Source of the DNA: Patescibacteria group bacterium
Lineage (GTDB): Bacteria; Patescibacteriota; Minisyncoccia; Phycocordibacterales; Phycocordibacteraceae
Assembly (NCBI GenBank): GCA_040390125.1
Contig: JAZJYZ010000001.1
Span: 442,396 to 506,395, forward strand
Reading direction: 5' to 3'
DNA: 64,000 bases
The position numbers and the translations under genes are program-made. Under the pieces are notes generated by a model. The model ran no database searches. It saw nothing but the letters and a program-made list of their open reading frames with translations, and had not been told where the DNA came from. Shown here piece by piece: positions 47,394-56,504 of this stretch (positions are counted from its first letter, which is position 1; every line of letters begins with the position of its first letter).

Positions 47394-48422
47394 ATGGTTA
47401 AACTCCCGTTCAAGGCTGTACAGGTAAGTAAGCGTCTCGTTGCTGTGCTCCCAGAGCGTTCTCGTGACGTTCTTGTAAGTCGATACGGCTTGGGCACTAA
47501 AGTACGTGGAGAAACTCTCGACGCCATTGGAAAGCGTTATGGCATAACCCGTGAACGTGTTCGACAAATTGAAAACCACGCCACAAAGCTTATACAGGAC
47601 TCCGAGGCACTCGCAAAAGAGGCTTCATCCTTTGTATGGCTTGAAAATGCCATCCGTGAACTTGGTGGGGTTTTGCCAGAAAGCATGCTTCTTGATGAAT
47701 TTGCAAAGGATACTGAGACCCGTAATCATTTGTACTTCCTGCTTGTTGTGGGGGCACCGTTCATTTCTGCAAAAGAAACCCCAGACTTCAAGGCTCGTTG
47801 GTCTGTAGACCCTGAACTCACGAAGGCAGTTGAATCTGCACTGAAACAAGTTCATGGAACTGTGAAGCATTCTGACGTGCTGTCTGAAGAAAAATTGGTT
47901 GAGCATGTTATGAGTTGTCTCACTAAAGTTAATACAAAATATCGTTCTAAAGACACGGTACGCAGGTGGCTCGAGCTTTCAAACTGCATCATGCGTAACC
48001 CTTTGGGTGAATGGGGTCGCTCAAGTGCACCAGGAATTAGAGTGAAAAATATTCGTGACCATGCGTATCTCGCATTGAAGCGTCATGGTTCACCTATGCA
48101 CTTCCGTGAAGTTGCAAAATCAATTGAAAAACTTTTTGGTAAAAAGGCTCATGAAGCCACAACGCACAATGAGCTCATTAAGGATGGTCGCTTTGTGTTA
48201 GTAGGCAGAGGTATTTACGCTCTCAAAGAATGGGGATACCGAATAGGACCCGTTGTTGAAATCATCAAACACATTCTCAAAGAGTCCGGTCCTCTTACTC
48301 GAGAGGAGATCATGAAACGTGTCTCTAAAGAGCGTTACGTGAAGCCAAACACCATCATTGTGAACTTGCAGAATTCGGCATTCAGTAAAAAAGAAGGTAA
48401 GTACGCTTTGAAGGGTACATAA
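47394..48422 (+). CDS. Sigma70 region-4 HTH + winged-helix (RNA polymerase delta/HARE-HTH-like) protein
   Basis: SRYGL...TLDAIGKRYGITRERVRQIE; PMHFREVA...THNELIKDGRFVLVGRGIYALKEW. Confidence 0.75.
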   Translation: MVKLPFKAVQVSKRLVAVLPERSRDVLVSRYGLGTKVRGETLDAIGKRYGITRERVRQIENHATKLIQDSEALAKEASSFVWLENAIRELGGVLPESMLLDEFAKDTETRNHLYFLLVVGAPFISAKETPDFKARWSVDPELTKAVESALKQVHGTVKHSDVLSEEKLVEHVMSCLTKVNTKYRSKDTVRRWLELSNCIMRNPLGEWGRSSAPGIRVKNIRDHAYLALKRHGSPMHFREVAKSIEKLFGKKAHEATTHNELIKDGRFVLVGRGIYALKEWGYRIGPVVEIIKHILKESGPLTREEIMKRVSKERYVKPNTIIVNLQNSAFSKKEGKYALKGT

Positions 48423-48431
48423 TAATTCTTT

Positions 48432-48599
48432 ATGGCAAAGGAACAGACGTCTTTGTTGGCTGGTGATGATGATTCTTTTATTATTTCTCCAGAAAAAGCC
48501 AAAGCTATGCGGGAGGACTCTGCACGTGACGCAATGGAACCTCTGTCACCGGAAGAGCAAGCTAGACTTACGTTAGGCCTTTCTAGTGGAAAATCATAA
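48432..48599 (+). CDS. Orphan 55-aa microprotein
   Basis: Manual translation MAKEQTSLLAGDDDSFIISPEKAKAMREDSARDAMEPLSPEEQARLTLGLSSGKS. Confidence 0.45.
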   Translation: MAKEQTSLLAGDDDSFIISPEKAKAMREDSARDAMEPLSPEEQARLTLGLSSGKS

Positions 48600-48659
48600 C
48601 TAAAATAGAACGCTAATCACATAAGCCACATAAAGTGGCTTATGTGATATATTTTCATA

Positions 48660-49883
48660 ATGTCTCGCCAGATAGTGCAGTGGTTGATTATTGTTGCACT
48701 CCTTGCGGTTCCGGTGCTCATTTATTTTGCTCCAGTTTTTATTGCTGGCGTCTACCACGTTGTCATTTTCTTTGCACCACTGTGGCTTCCTGTTGGTCTT
48801 TTTGCTATTGCCTGGCCTCTGTGGCTCAACGTCATCCGCTCTAGGTTCGTTGATTCTGTTTCCTATGTCACACTGGAGTTAAAGCCAGGTGATGAAACTC
48901 CTCCAACCGCAAAAGCTATGGAGCTGGTATTTTATTCGCTGTATCATCGAACAGAAATTTCTCGCATCGATGCGTTTCTTCACGGCAAGATTCGTACTTC
49001 TTGGTCGTTTGAAGTCTATGCTCACAATGGACGTGTACGGTTTTTTGCACACGTTCCAGTGAGTTACCGTGTTGCATTAGAAAGCAGGATTCGTGCTGAG
49101 TACCATGACATCGATATTAATGTGGTCCGAGATTACTCGAGAGAATTACATTTTGATCCACTCTCGATGCGACTCATGGCCCGTGAATATACTCTCGCAA
49201 AACCCGATCCGTATCCTCTAAAAACGTACGAAGTCTATGAATCATTAAGTGAAAAGCGTGATGTGTTTGGTGAGATTGTTGAAAGTTTAGCTGGCATGAG
49301 TGCACAGGAACACGTGTTTCTTTCTATCATCATGCGACCGCATCAACGTGAGCGTGAGAACCTTTTTGATAACCCCCGAGACTCTCTTCATGAGTCTGCA
49401 CATGTTGAAATTAAAAAATTGGTTGGCTCGAAAGGCGAAATGGATAAACTTCCTCTCTCTACGAAAACAATTGTGAGTGCTATAGAGTCGGCATTGAATA
49501 AGCCATCATTTGACTGCGGTATACGTGCTTTCTACATAGCAGATAGAGAACACTTTGATGAATCCTATGAAGAAAAATTAACTCACCTTCTTGATCCTCT
49601 GAATGATATCGAGCTAAATGGATTTGTTGCGTATGACCCGAATCATCGTCCAGGGTTTGTTCTCTCTGAAATTTTTTCAGCCGTTCCCGTTTTGGTGTCT
49701 GCACACCTCCTCAACCTCTATCGCAGACGTGCATTTTTTGCACCACCGTACTATGGTAAAGCGTTCGTCTTAAACACAGAAGAATTGGCAACTTTGTTTC
49801 ATTTACCGCATGCAAGTCGGGGTAGTGCACTTGCCCGTATGAAAGGTCTTACGTTAGAACCGCCGGAGAATTTGCCAGTCTAG
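48660..49883 (+). CDS. Membrane-anchored hypothetical protein (resembles N-terminal part of CPR VirB4/TraG-like proteins)
   Basis: LELKP, AMELVFYSL, SFEV, YPLKTY, LNTEELATLFHLP, PPENLP. Confidence 0.6.
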   Translation: MSRQIVQWLIIVALLAVPVLIYFAPVFIAGVYHVVIFFAPLWLPVGLFAIAWPLWLNVIRSRFVDSVSYVTLELKPGDETPPTAKAMELVFYSLYHRTEISRIDAFLHGKIRTSWSFEVYAHNGRVRFFAHVPVSYRVALESRIRAEYHDIDINVVRDYSRELHFDPLSMRLMAREYTLAKPDPYPLKTYEVYESLSEKRDVFGEIVESLAGMSAQEHVFLSIIMRPHQRERENLFDNPRDSLHESAHVEIKKLVGSKGEMDKLPLSTKTIVSAIESALNKPSFDCGIRAFYIADREHFDESYEEKLTHLLDPLNDIELNGFVAYDPNHRPGFVLSEIFSAVPVLVSAHLLNLYRRRAFFAPPYYGKAFVLNTEELATLFHLPHASRGSALARMKGLTLEPPENLPV

Positions 49884-49925
49884 GCAAAGCTGCAAGCTTT
49901 CAGCTTTCAGGTTCCAGCTTTTAAA

Positions 49926-50873
49926 ATGCAAAACAATACTAAAAAAATAATTTATAGCGTTGCGGGAGTTGTGATTGTTCTTTGCAGTGTGTACCTGTTT
50001 TTTATTGCACCTCCCTTAGGTGCCAAGAAGAATTCAATTGTTACTATTTCCCCTGGCATGAGTGTGGAAGAGGCAGGAAAATTGTTGAAAGAAAAACACG
50101 TCATACAGTCTCCACTCGTATTTTCTCTGTTCGTCCGATTTTTGTACCCTTCTGGCATTATTGCTAATCACTATTCTTTTTCAAAATCTCAATCAGTAAT
50201 AACGGTGGCGTATCGTCTTGCGGAAGGAAAAACAGACTTAACTCCAGTTCGCGTCACTATTCCTGAAGGCACAAGTGTGTTTGAGATTTCAAACATCTTT
50301 GAAAGTACGCTTGGTGATTTTGATGTCGTGGCATTCGAATCGCTCGCCAAAGCACAAGAGGGGTATCTTTTCCCAGACACGTATTTTTTTCTGCCGGGCA
50401 CTGAGCCTGCGATAATCATTGACGCAATGCGGAAAAACTTTGATGAAAAAATAAAACCACTCGAAAAAGACATCGCTTTGTTTGGAAGACCGATGAATGA
50501 AGTGCTCGCAATGGCTTCTATTTTGGAGCGGGAAGCCCGTCAAAGTGAAACCCGAAGAATGATTGCGGGGATACTCTGGAAGCGAATCTCTATTAAGATG
50601 CCACTTCAGGTTGATGCGGTATTTGGCTATATCCTGAAAAGAAGTGGCTATGCACCAACTCTTGATGATTTGAAAATTGACTCTCCTTACAATACATATT
50701 TATACCGAGGGCTTCCGCCAGGGCCCATTGGTAATCCTGGTCTTGGTGCCATACAGGACGCCATAATGCCCACTAAAAGTGCCTATCTTTACTATCTAAC
50801 AGACAAAGAAGGAAAGATATATTATGCAAAAACATTTGCGGAGCACGTGGCAAATAAGGCGAAAGTACGATAA
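49926..50873 (+). CDS. mltG: Endolytic transglycosylase MltG, paralog 2
   Basis: VTIPEG, EGYLFPDTY, ASILEREA, MPLQVDA, SPYNTY..GLPPGPIGNPG. Confidence 0.93.
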   Translation: MQNNTKKIIYSVAGVVIVLCSVYLFFIAPPLGAKKNSIVTISPGMSVEEAGKLLKEKHVIQSPLVFSLFVRFLYPSGIIANHYSFSKSQSVITVAYRLAEGKTDLTPVRVTIPEGTSVFEISNIFESTLGDFDVVAFESLAKAQEGYLFPDTYFFLPGTEPAIIIDAMRKNFDEKIKPLEKDIALFGRPMNEVLAMASILEREARQSETRRMIAGILWKRISIKMPLQVDAVFGYILKRSGYAPTLDDLKIDSPYNTYLYRGLPPGPIGNPGLGAIQDAIMPTKSAYLYYLTDKEGKIYYAKTFAEHVANKAKVR

Positions 50874-50965
50874 CGAGGGCTATCGCCCAGACGGGTTTGC
50901 ACATCATTAAACTTAGGTTCGTTTTTTTAAAGAGATCTTTTGTAAACTCTACATGGAAATGCAGT

Positions 50966-50990
50966 ATGTAAGACATCGCATGTCTTACAT
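50966..50990. repeat. Inverted repeat
   Basis: ATGTAAGACAT-CGC-ATGTCTTACAT. Confidence 0.7.
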
Positions 50991-51017
50991 GAATTTAAAA
51001 GATTAGATTTTTGAATA

Positions 51018-51057
51018 TCACCCTAACCCCTTTAGTTAACTAAAGGGGTTAGGGTGA
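51018..51057. repeat. Perfect 40-bp palindrome
   Basis: TCACCCTAACCCCTTTAGTT|AACTAAAGGGGTTAGGGTGA. Confidence 0.85.
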
Positions 51058-51120
51058 GTATAAGGTATTGAAACATTACGGTGTGTTTGACATCATTTTA
51101 AACTATGATATAGTACATAG

Positions 51121-51402
51121 ATGAGTGAAAACCCTATAGAAAAAATGATTCTTGGGCGTACTAGATCAGTACAGAAAGTTGAAAACACTGCCGTGGTTGC
51201 GGGTGTAAGTGTCCCAGTTGGGGCAGGATTCTTGCTGTGGGCAGGATTACTTTCTCCTCTGGATGCGGGTATAACGGCGGGTACTGCATTAACTGTAGCA
51301 GTTTTAACCAAGCTAGTGGCACGAAAATATCGACACGGCGCTGAACATGCGGCTAATGAATGGTTCACTAATAGTCCTGTCCGTCCTGGTCGTTCTGACT
51401 AG
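51121..51402 (+). CDS. Orphan 93-aa two-TM protein
   Basis: TTGACA(51087)-16-TATAGT, ATG 6 nt after the -10. Confidence 0.6.
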   Translation: MSENPIEKMILGRTRSVQKVENTAVVAGVSVPVGAGFLLWAGLLSPLDAGITAGTALTVAVLTKLVARKYRHGAEHAANEWFTNSPVRPGRSD

Positions 51403-51444
51403 CCTTTCGTTTTGAAAGTTGAAGAAGATTTTTATTTAAAACAC

Positions 51445-51612
51445 ATGGCAAAAATAGAAGCACAGCCAAATAGAAAGTTTTCTCTATCTCGACGTGAGGC
51501 ATTACTCTTACTCTCAGCGCTTTTTGGGGGCACTCTAGGTGCGGGGCTCACTGCTGGTGCTATACGTCTTGCAGATGTTATTGGGCCGCTCGTATTAAAT
51601 TTAAGTAAATAG
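51445..51612 (+). CDS. Orphan 55-aa peptide with SRR + hydrophobic stretch
   Basis: MAKIEAQPNRKFSLSRREALLLLSALFGGTLGAGLTAG... Confidence 0.5.
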   Translation: MAKIEAQPNRKFSLSRREALLLLSALFGGTLGAGLTAGAIRLADVIGPLVLNLSK

Positions 51613-51801
51613 GACATATGGAAGCCTCTGCTACGCTTACGTGTAAGTATTTTTATGAATCTCGCACTTTTCGTGATTCTTGCGACAGGCCATCTCAAAA
51701 AGGATCTTTTTTCTGTAGTTTTCATCTCATACTGAGAGGTGGGCTACGTTAGAAGCTAGTAATTGCTAGAATCTTTAACTGACAGCCTGTAAGCTAGGTG
51801 A

Positions 51802-52833
51802 ATGAAGTCAGTTTTCGTTGGTTTGTCGGGTGGAGTTGATTCTGCGGTTTCGGCGTACCTTTTGAAGAAGCAGGGATATAAAGTAGTGGGGGCTTTTATA
51901 AAGGGATGGGAGCCTGACTTTTTACCATGCACCGGAGTACGGGACAGGATGGAAGCAATGAGGGTGGCGGCTCACCTTGGTATACCTTTCGTTACGTACG
52001 ATTTATCGGAGGAATATAAACGAGAGGTTGTTGATTATTTTGTTGAGGAATATAGGCAAGGCAAGACACCGAATCCGGATGTGATGTGCAACAGAGTCGT
52101 CAAATTTGGTGCATTCTGGAAAAAGGCAAAAGCGGATGGCGCAGATTTCATCGCCACTGGTCATTATGCAAGTAACAGCCAGCTTTCAGCTTCTAGCTTT
52201 CAGCTTTCAGCTTCTGAAGACAAAGAGAAAGATCAAACGTATTTTCTTTGGACACTAACACAAGATGATCTCAGTCACTCTCTCTTTCCGGTGGGCGAAC
52301 TTGAAAAAAGTGAAGTGCGACGGCTTGCTCTTGAAGCCGGACTTCCGAATGCCAAGCGTCCTGACTCACAAGGGCTCTGTTTTTTAGGACACGTTGATAT
52401 GCCCGCTTTTCTGAAGCGCTATTTACCAAGCGAAGAGGGTGTTGTCCGCAATCAGGCTGGAGTAGCAATTGGAACTCATGACGGAGCGTATTTTTATACA
52501 GTAGGTCAGCGTCATGGATTTACCGCAAAAGGAGGTGAACGCATGTATGTAGTAGCAAAAAATATACAGAAGAATGAGTTGATAGTTGCAGAAAAACCAA
52601 TAGGAGAGAACTCAAAAAAAACATTTGCATATTCAAATCAAAATTGGATATTTGGAGATGTGCCTACAGACACTATTTTTGCTCGCTACCGCTATCGACA
52701 GGAATTGTTGCCAGTGAGGATTCATGATAATCAGGTGTCTTTTGAAACTCCACAAGCAATAGCTCTAGGTCAATCACTCGTTATGTATGACAAAACAGGA
52801 AAGATTTGTCTCGGTGGGGGTATAGTAGCTTGA
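51802..52833 (+). CDS. mnmA: tRNA-specific 2-thiouridylase
   Basis: SGGVDS, TPNPDVMCN, ATGHYA, KDQTYFL, DSQGLCF, YTVGQR. Confidence 0.97.
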   Translation: MKSVFVGLSGGVDSAVSAYLLKKQGYKVVGAFIKGWEPDFLPCTGVRDRMEAMRVAAHLGIPFVTYDLSEEYKREVVDYFVEEYRQGKTPNPDVMCNRVVKFGAFWKKAKADGADFIATGHYASNSQLSASSFQLSASEDKEKDQTYFLWTLTQDDLSHSLFPVGELEKSEVRRLALEAGLPNAKRPDSQGLCFLGHVDMPAFLKRYLPSEEGVVRNQAGVAIGTHDGAYFYTVGQRHGFTAKGGERMYVVAKNIQKNELIVAEKPIGENSKKTFAYSNQNWIFGDVPTDTIFARYRYRQELLPVRIHDNQVSFETPQAIALGQSLVMYDKTGKICLGGGIVA

Positions 52834-52838
52834 AGAAT

Positions 52839-53042
52839 ATGAGTGAATTTATTGGGCAGATTCCTTTTTCTAGAAAAATGCGTGGCAGGTGCTCATTTGA
52901 GGATAGGGGGCCGTATGACACAGTTGGAAACTGCATTTCCTGTAATTGGTATACGGGGAGCACATATATCGAAGAGGGCAGGATTCGTATCGGAGGAATG
53001 CTCAATGTTCATAAGCTTTGCAGACGCTGTGCTCACAGCTAA
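52839..53042 (+). CDS. Orphan 67-aa protein with two CxxC motifs
   Basis: CISC ... CRRC; fills the gap after mnmA. Confidence 0.55.
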   Translation: MSEFIGQIPFSRKMRGRCSFEDRGPYDTVGNCISCNWYTGSTYIEEGRIRIGGMLNVHKLCRRCAHS

Positions 53043-53063
53043 ATAACGAGTTATCATTATTGT

Positions 53064-53891
53064 ATGCCTAACATTAAAAAAGGGGATGGAACGATAGAGC
53101 CATTTGATGTGGAGAAACTGGTTGCATCACTCCGTCGTTCAGGAACAGACACTACCCTTGCAGAGCAAGTGGCAAAGCGAGTAGGGGCAGGTGTTAAAGA
53201 TGGGATGACTACCACTGCAATTTACCAGGAAGCATTCAAGGTTCTTCATAAAGAAGAGCGTGTATCCGCTGCACGGTACTCGATGCGTCGAGCCATTCTT
53301 GATCTAGGGCCTACAGGATTCCCCTTTGAGAAGTTTATTGCCGCCCTCATGCACGCTAAAGGATATGAAACTTCATATGGCGTTACGGTGCAAGGAAGAT
53401 GCATTGATCACGAAGTTGATGTGGTGATGCTAAAGAACGGTAAAGCTATTGGTGCTGAATTAAAGTTTCATAATACTCCCGGGCTTAAAACAGATTTAAA
53501 AACTGCACTCTATGTGCGTGCGAGGTATTGGGATATTCAATGGGGGGCAGAGGATAGGAAAGAAAAAGCAGGTATTGATGAAGGGTGGCTTGTCACCAAC
53601 ACAAAATTTACCTCAAAAGCCATTGAGTATTCAAATTGTTCGGGCATCAAACTTCTCGGTTGGAGTTATCCTAATGGTGCAAGTTTGTCAGATTTTATTC
53701 GGGAAACTGGAGTATATCCGATCACCATTTTAACAACACTCTCACAGTCAGAAAAAACTCGTCTCCTTCAAGCGGGTATCACCATGTGCCACATGGTGAT
53801 GAGCGATCCAGATTCACTCAAGAGTATTGGTATTTCAGAAAAGAAACAGAGTTTAGTAGTTGAAGAAAGTAAGGCAATCTGCCAAGTCTAA
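53064..53891 (+). CDS. ATP-cone domain fused to Mrr-like PD-(D/E)xK restriction-endonuclease fold
   Basis: IKKGDGTIEPFDVEKLVASL (ATP cone); GFPFEKFIA, HEVDV, ELKFH, LVTNTKFT. Confidence 0.75.
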   Translation: MPNIKKGDGTIEPFDVEKLVASLRRSGTDTTLAEQVAKRVGAGVKDGMTTTAIYQEAFKVLHKEERVSAARYSMRRAILDLGPTGFPFEKFIAALMHAKGYETSYGVTVQGRCIDHEVDVVMLKNGKAIGAELKFHNTPGLKTDLKTALYVRARYWDIQWGAEDRKEKAGIDEGWLVTNTKFTSKAIEYSNCSGIKLLGWSYPNGASLSDFIRETGVYPITILTTLSQSEKTRLLQAGITMCHMVMSDPDSLKSIGISEKKQSLVVEESKAICQV

Positions 53892-53908
53892 AGATACAAT
53901 GCACTAGT

Positions 53909-54745
53909 ATGTCTCAGTATTACAAACCACATCGAAAAGTTGATTGGAACTATGGTGGCCCACGCTGGCGTTTGTCGCGTTCGAAAATAGACCTCTTCAT
54001 TCAATGTCCACGCTGTTTTTATATCGACAACAAGCTTGGTACCGCACGTCCCCCAGGATTTCCTTTCAATTTGAACTCCGCCGTCGACAAGCTTCTCAAA
54101 AAAGAGTTTGACATCCATCGGGCTGCAAAAAGCTCTCACCCATTAATGAGTGAATATGGAATCGATGCCGTGCCATTTCAGCACGAGAAGATGAATACGT
54201 GGAGAGAGAACTTTAAGGGTATTGATTTTTCTCATACACCCACAGGTTTTACTGTCTCAGGAGCCATAGACGATGTGTGGGTTAACCCACAGGGCGAACT
54301 GCATATTGTTGACTACAAAGCCACCAGTAAAGATGAGGAAGTAACGCTGGATGCTGAGTGGCAGGACGGGTATAAACGTCAGATGGAAATATACCAATGG
54401 TTATTTCGCCAAAACGGCTTTACAGTTTCCGACACTGGCTACTTCGTCTACGCTAACGGGAAAACCGATACGGAAGCATTTGACGCTAAGCTCGAGTTTG
54501 ATGTGAAAGTAATTCCTTACACTGGCAAGGCAAACTGGATTGATAAAACACTTTTGGAAATCAAAGCGTGCCTGGACACGGACGCAATTCCGCAGACAGG
54601 TGAAGCGTGTGACTACTGCACCTACCGCAAGGCAGTTGGAGAGGTGCTTCAGCCATTTATAAAAAAAGATGCACCGGGTTCAAACGTACGTAAGGCAAAA
54701 TCAAAAGATAACGAAGACTCACATGAGCAATCCCTTTTCGGGTAG
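53909..54745 (+). CDS. PD-(D/E)xK nuclease superfamily protein (AddB/Cas4-like Cys arrangement)
   Basis: LSRSKIDLFIQCPRCF, GAIDD, IVDYKAT, QMEIY, CDYC. Confidence 0.8.
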   Translation: MSQYYKPHRKVDWNYGGPRWRLSRSKIDLFIQCPRCFYIDNKLGTARPPGFPFNLNSAVDKLLKKEFDIHRAAKSSHPLMSEYGIDAVPFQHEKMNTWRENFKGIDFSHTPTGFTVSGAIDDVWVNPQGELHIVDYKATSKDEEVTLDAEWQDGYKRQMEIYQWLFRQNGFTVSDTGYFVYANGKTDTEAFDAKLEFDVKVIPYTGKANWIDKTLLEIKACLDTDAIPQTGEACDYCTYRKAVGEVLQPFIKKDAPGSNVRKAKSKDNEDSHEQSLFG

Positions 54746-54841
54746 TTTGTTTTTTAAAATTGCATTTTCCTCGTAGATCTGTTGTGGGGTTCTTGATGTG
54801 TTTTTTTCTATCCCACACTCTGAATGTCTAGTCAGTCGATT

Positions 54842-54885
54842 AGTTTTTATCTTATAAGATAAAATTATCTGATAAGATAAAAACT
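54842..54885. promoter_or_regulatory. Tandem palindromes downstream of TrpR-like gene 1
   Basis: TTTTATCTTA|TAAGATAAAA (54845-54864) + TTATCTGATAAGATAA. Confidence 0.75.
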
Positions 54886-54918
54886 CAAGAATAAGTGAAA
54901 AGTAAAAAAATCAGAAGG

Positions 54919-55350
54919 TTAACCGATTTTCTTTTTCTTAGGTTCTGGAAACAGAAGAAAGTGTAATGGATATTTTCGCTTCATTGCCCTAAATGAAAAT
55001 GGACCATATTCAATCTCAAAACGTTTCTCTCGCCCTTTAAATTCTTTCTCCATTCCCTTGATAGCTTGTTCATACCCTGGCAATTGGTCTTCAAGCCACC
55101 TCGCCACCTTATAGATTGTTTTATAACTGAGTTTGAGCTTCGCAGCTATAACGTCATATTTTTCTCCTTTGAGTAGTAATCGAGCTATCCACACTCGTCG
55201 ACCAAGCATAATGCGTTCACTTTCCGTCAATAAATCTCGAAGAAAGAGCTTGACGGCATCTCGACCACGAACAGAGCTCGCTGCTGTATACAGCATATCG
55301 AGTGTCCGCATACGTTCTTTATCGGTTAAATCTTTTGCTTTGCGTTTCAT
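54919..55350 (-). CDS. TrpR/YerC-YecD-like HTH repressor 1
   Basis: FLRDLLTESERIMLGRRVWIARLLLKGEKYDVIAAKLKLSYKTIYKV. Confidence 0.8.
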   Translation of the reverse strand: MKRKAKDLTDKERMRTLDMLYTAASSVRGRDAVKLFLRDLLTESERIMLGRRVWIARLLLKGEKYDVIAAKLKLSYKTIYKVARWLEDQLPGYEQAIKGMEKEFKGREKRFEIEYGPFSFRAMKRKYPLHFLLFPEPKKKKIG

Positions 55351-55354
55351 ATCT

Positions 55355-55380
55355 CAACTTTATCTTATAAGATAAAGTTG
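55355..55380. promoter_or_regulatory. Perfect 26-bp palindrome 4 nt upstream of TrpR-like gene 1
   Basis: CAACTTTATCTTA|TAAGATAAAGTTG. Confidence 0.8.
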
Positions 55381-55433
55381 CAATTCGTTATACACATAAT
55401 TTTTGAAAGAGTGAGTATGATAAAATCCACTAT

Positions 55434-55715
55434 ATGAAAACGGTGCGTTTTGGAGGGAAAACTTTCAGAGAAGAAGTTGTTGCGGTAGTGAAGAAAATTC
55501 CAAAAGGGAAAACGCTCTCGTATGGGCAAGTAGCTTTGGCAGCTGGGCGTCCAAATGCGGGAAGGGCAGTTGGAGCTATTATGGCGGGAAATCAAGATAA
55601 AACAGTGCCGTGCCATAGAGTTATTCGCTCTGACGGAAAGATTGGTGGCTACAATGGACTTCGAGATGGATTGACTAAAGAAGAGCTTTTAAGAAAAGAG
55701 GGTGCCATTCGTTAA
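55434..55715 (+). CDS. ogt: Methylated-DNA--protein-cysteine methyltransferase (C-terminal domain only)
   Basis: IPKGKTLSYGQVA, GRAVG, active-site PCHRV. Confidence 0.85.
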   Translation: MKTVRFGGKTFREEVVAVVKKIPKGKTLSYGQVALAAGRPNAGRAVGAIMAGNQDKTVPCHRVIRSDGKIGGYNGLRDGLTKEELLRKEGAIR

Positions 55716-55718
55716 TGT

Positions 55719-56387
55719 ATGGACGTTCGTCTAGAGCCATCGTGGAAAGAAAAATTGAAAGAGGAATTTGAAAAGTCATATTTCAAAATACTGACTTCAT
55801 TTGTTAAAGATGCCTATACAAAAGGTTCGGTATACCCACATCCAAAAAATATCTTTCGTGCGCTTGATTTGTGTCCATTTGATGCAGTGAGGGTGGTTAT
55901 TTTGGGTCAGGATCCTTACCACGGGAAAGGGCAAGCAAACGGTTTATCTTTTGCGGTTGAGAGCGGAGTACGGCCACCGCCATCGCTTCAAAATATATTT
56001 AAAGAAATTCAGTCAGATATCGGGAAACCTCTTATTCACACTGATGGCGACTTATCGAGGTGGGCAATGCAGGGAGTGTTACTTTTAAACGCAACGCTCA
56101 CCGTAGAGGCTGGTATGGCAGGCTCGCATCAGGGTAAAGGTTGGGAGGAATTTACTGATGCAGTAATTAGACTACTTTCAGAGGAACGTGAAAATCTGGT
56201 TTTTATTCTGTGGGGTAATTATGCAAAAGCAAAGGGTGCACACATTGATCGCACAAAACACTTAGTTATTGAGTCGCCACACCCTTCACCATTCTCCGCC
56301 TTTAGTGGATTTTTTGGTAGCAAGCCATTCAGCAAAGCAAACAACTATCTCAGCTCGCACGGAATGCCCCCCATCGATTGGCTCTAG
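55719..56387 (+). CDS. ung: Uracil-DNA glycosylase (family 1)
   Basis: GQDPYH, GLSF, PPSLQNIFKE, GVLLLN, HPSP. Confidence 0.97.
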   Translation: MDVRLEPSWKEKLKEEFEKSYFKILTSFVKDAYTKGSVYPHPKNIFRALDLCPFDAVRVVILGQDPYHGKGQANGLSFAVESGVRPPPSLQNIFKEIQSDIGKPLIHTDGDLSRWAMQGVLLLNATLTVEAGMAGSHQGKGWEEFTDAVIRLLSEERENLVFILWGNYAKAKGAHIDRTKHLVIESPHPSPFSAFSGFFGSKPFSKANNYLSSHGMPPIDWL

Positions 56388-56448
56388 ATGTATTAAGAAG
56401 GCGGCACTATTTTTTTTTTTGCTATTAAAATTACTTCTATCCACGATA

Positions 56449-56476
56449 TAAACTATACGATATATCGTATAGTTTA
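56449..56476. promoter_or_regulatory. Perfect 28-bp palindrome downstream of TrpR-like gene 2
   Basis: TAAACTATACGATA|TATCGTATAGTTTA. Confidence 0.8.
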
Positions 56477-56504
56477 AGAGAAAAGCTATTTTGTAGACTA
56501 TTTT

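Noticed and set aside
47394-48422. Primary sigma factor rpoD
   Set aside because: Only a region-4-like HTH at the N-terminus; no region 2 is recognisable.
53909-54745. cas4 call
   Set aside because: No cas1/cas2 or array nearby; only a superfamily-level assignment is supportable.
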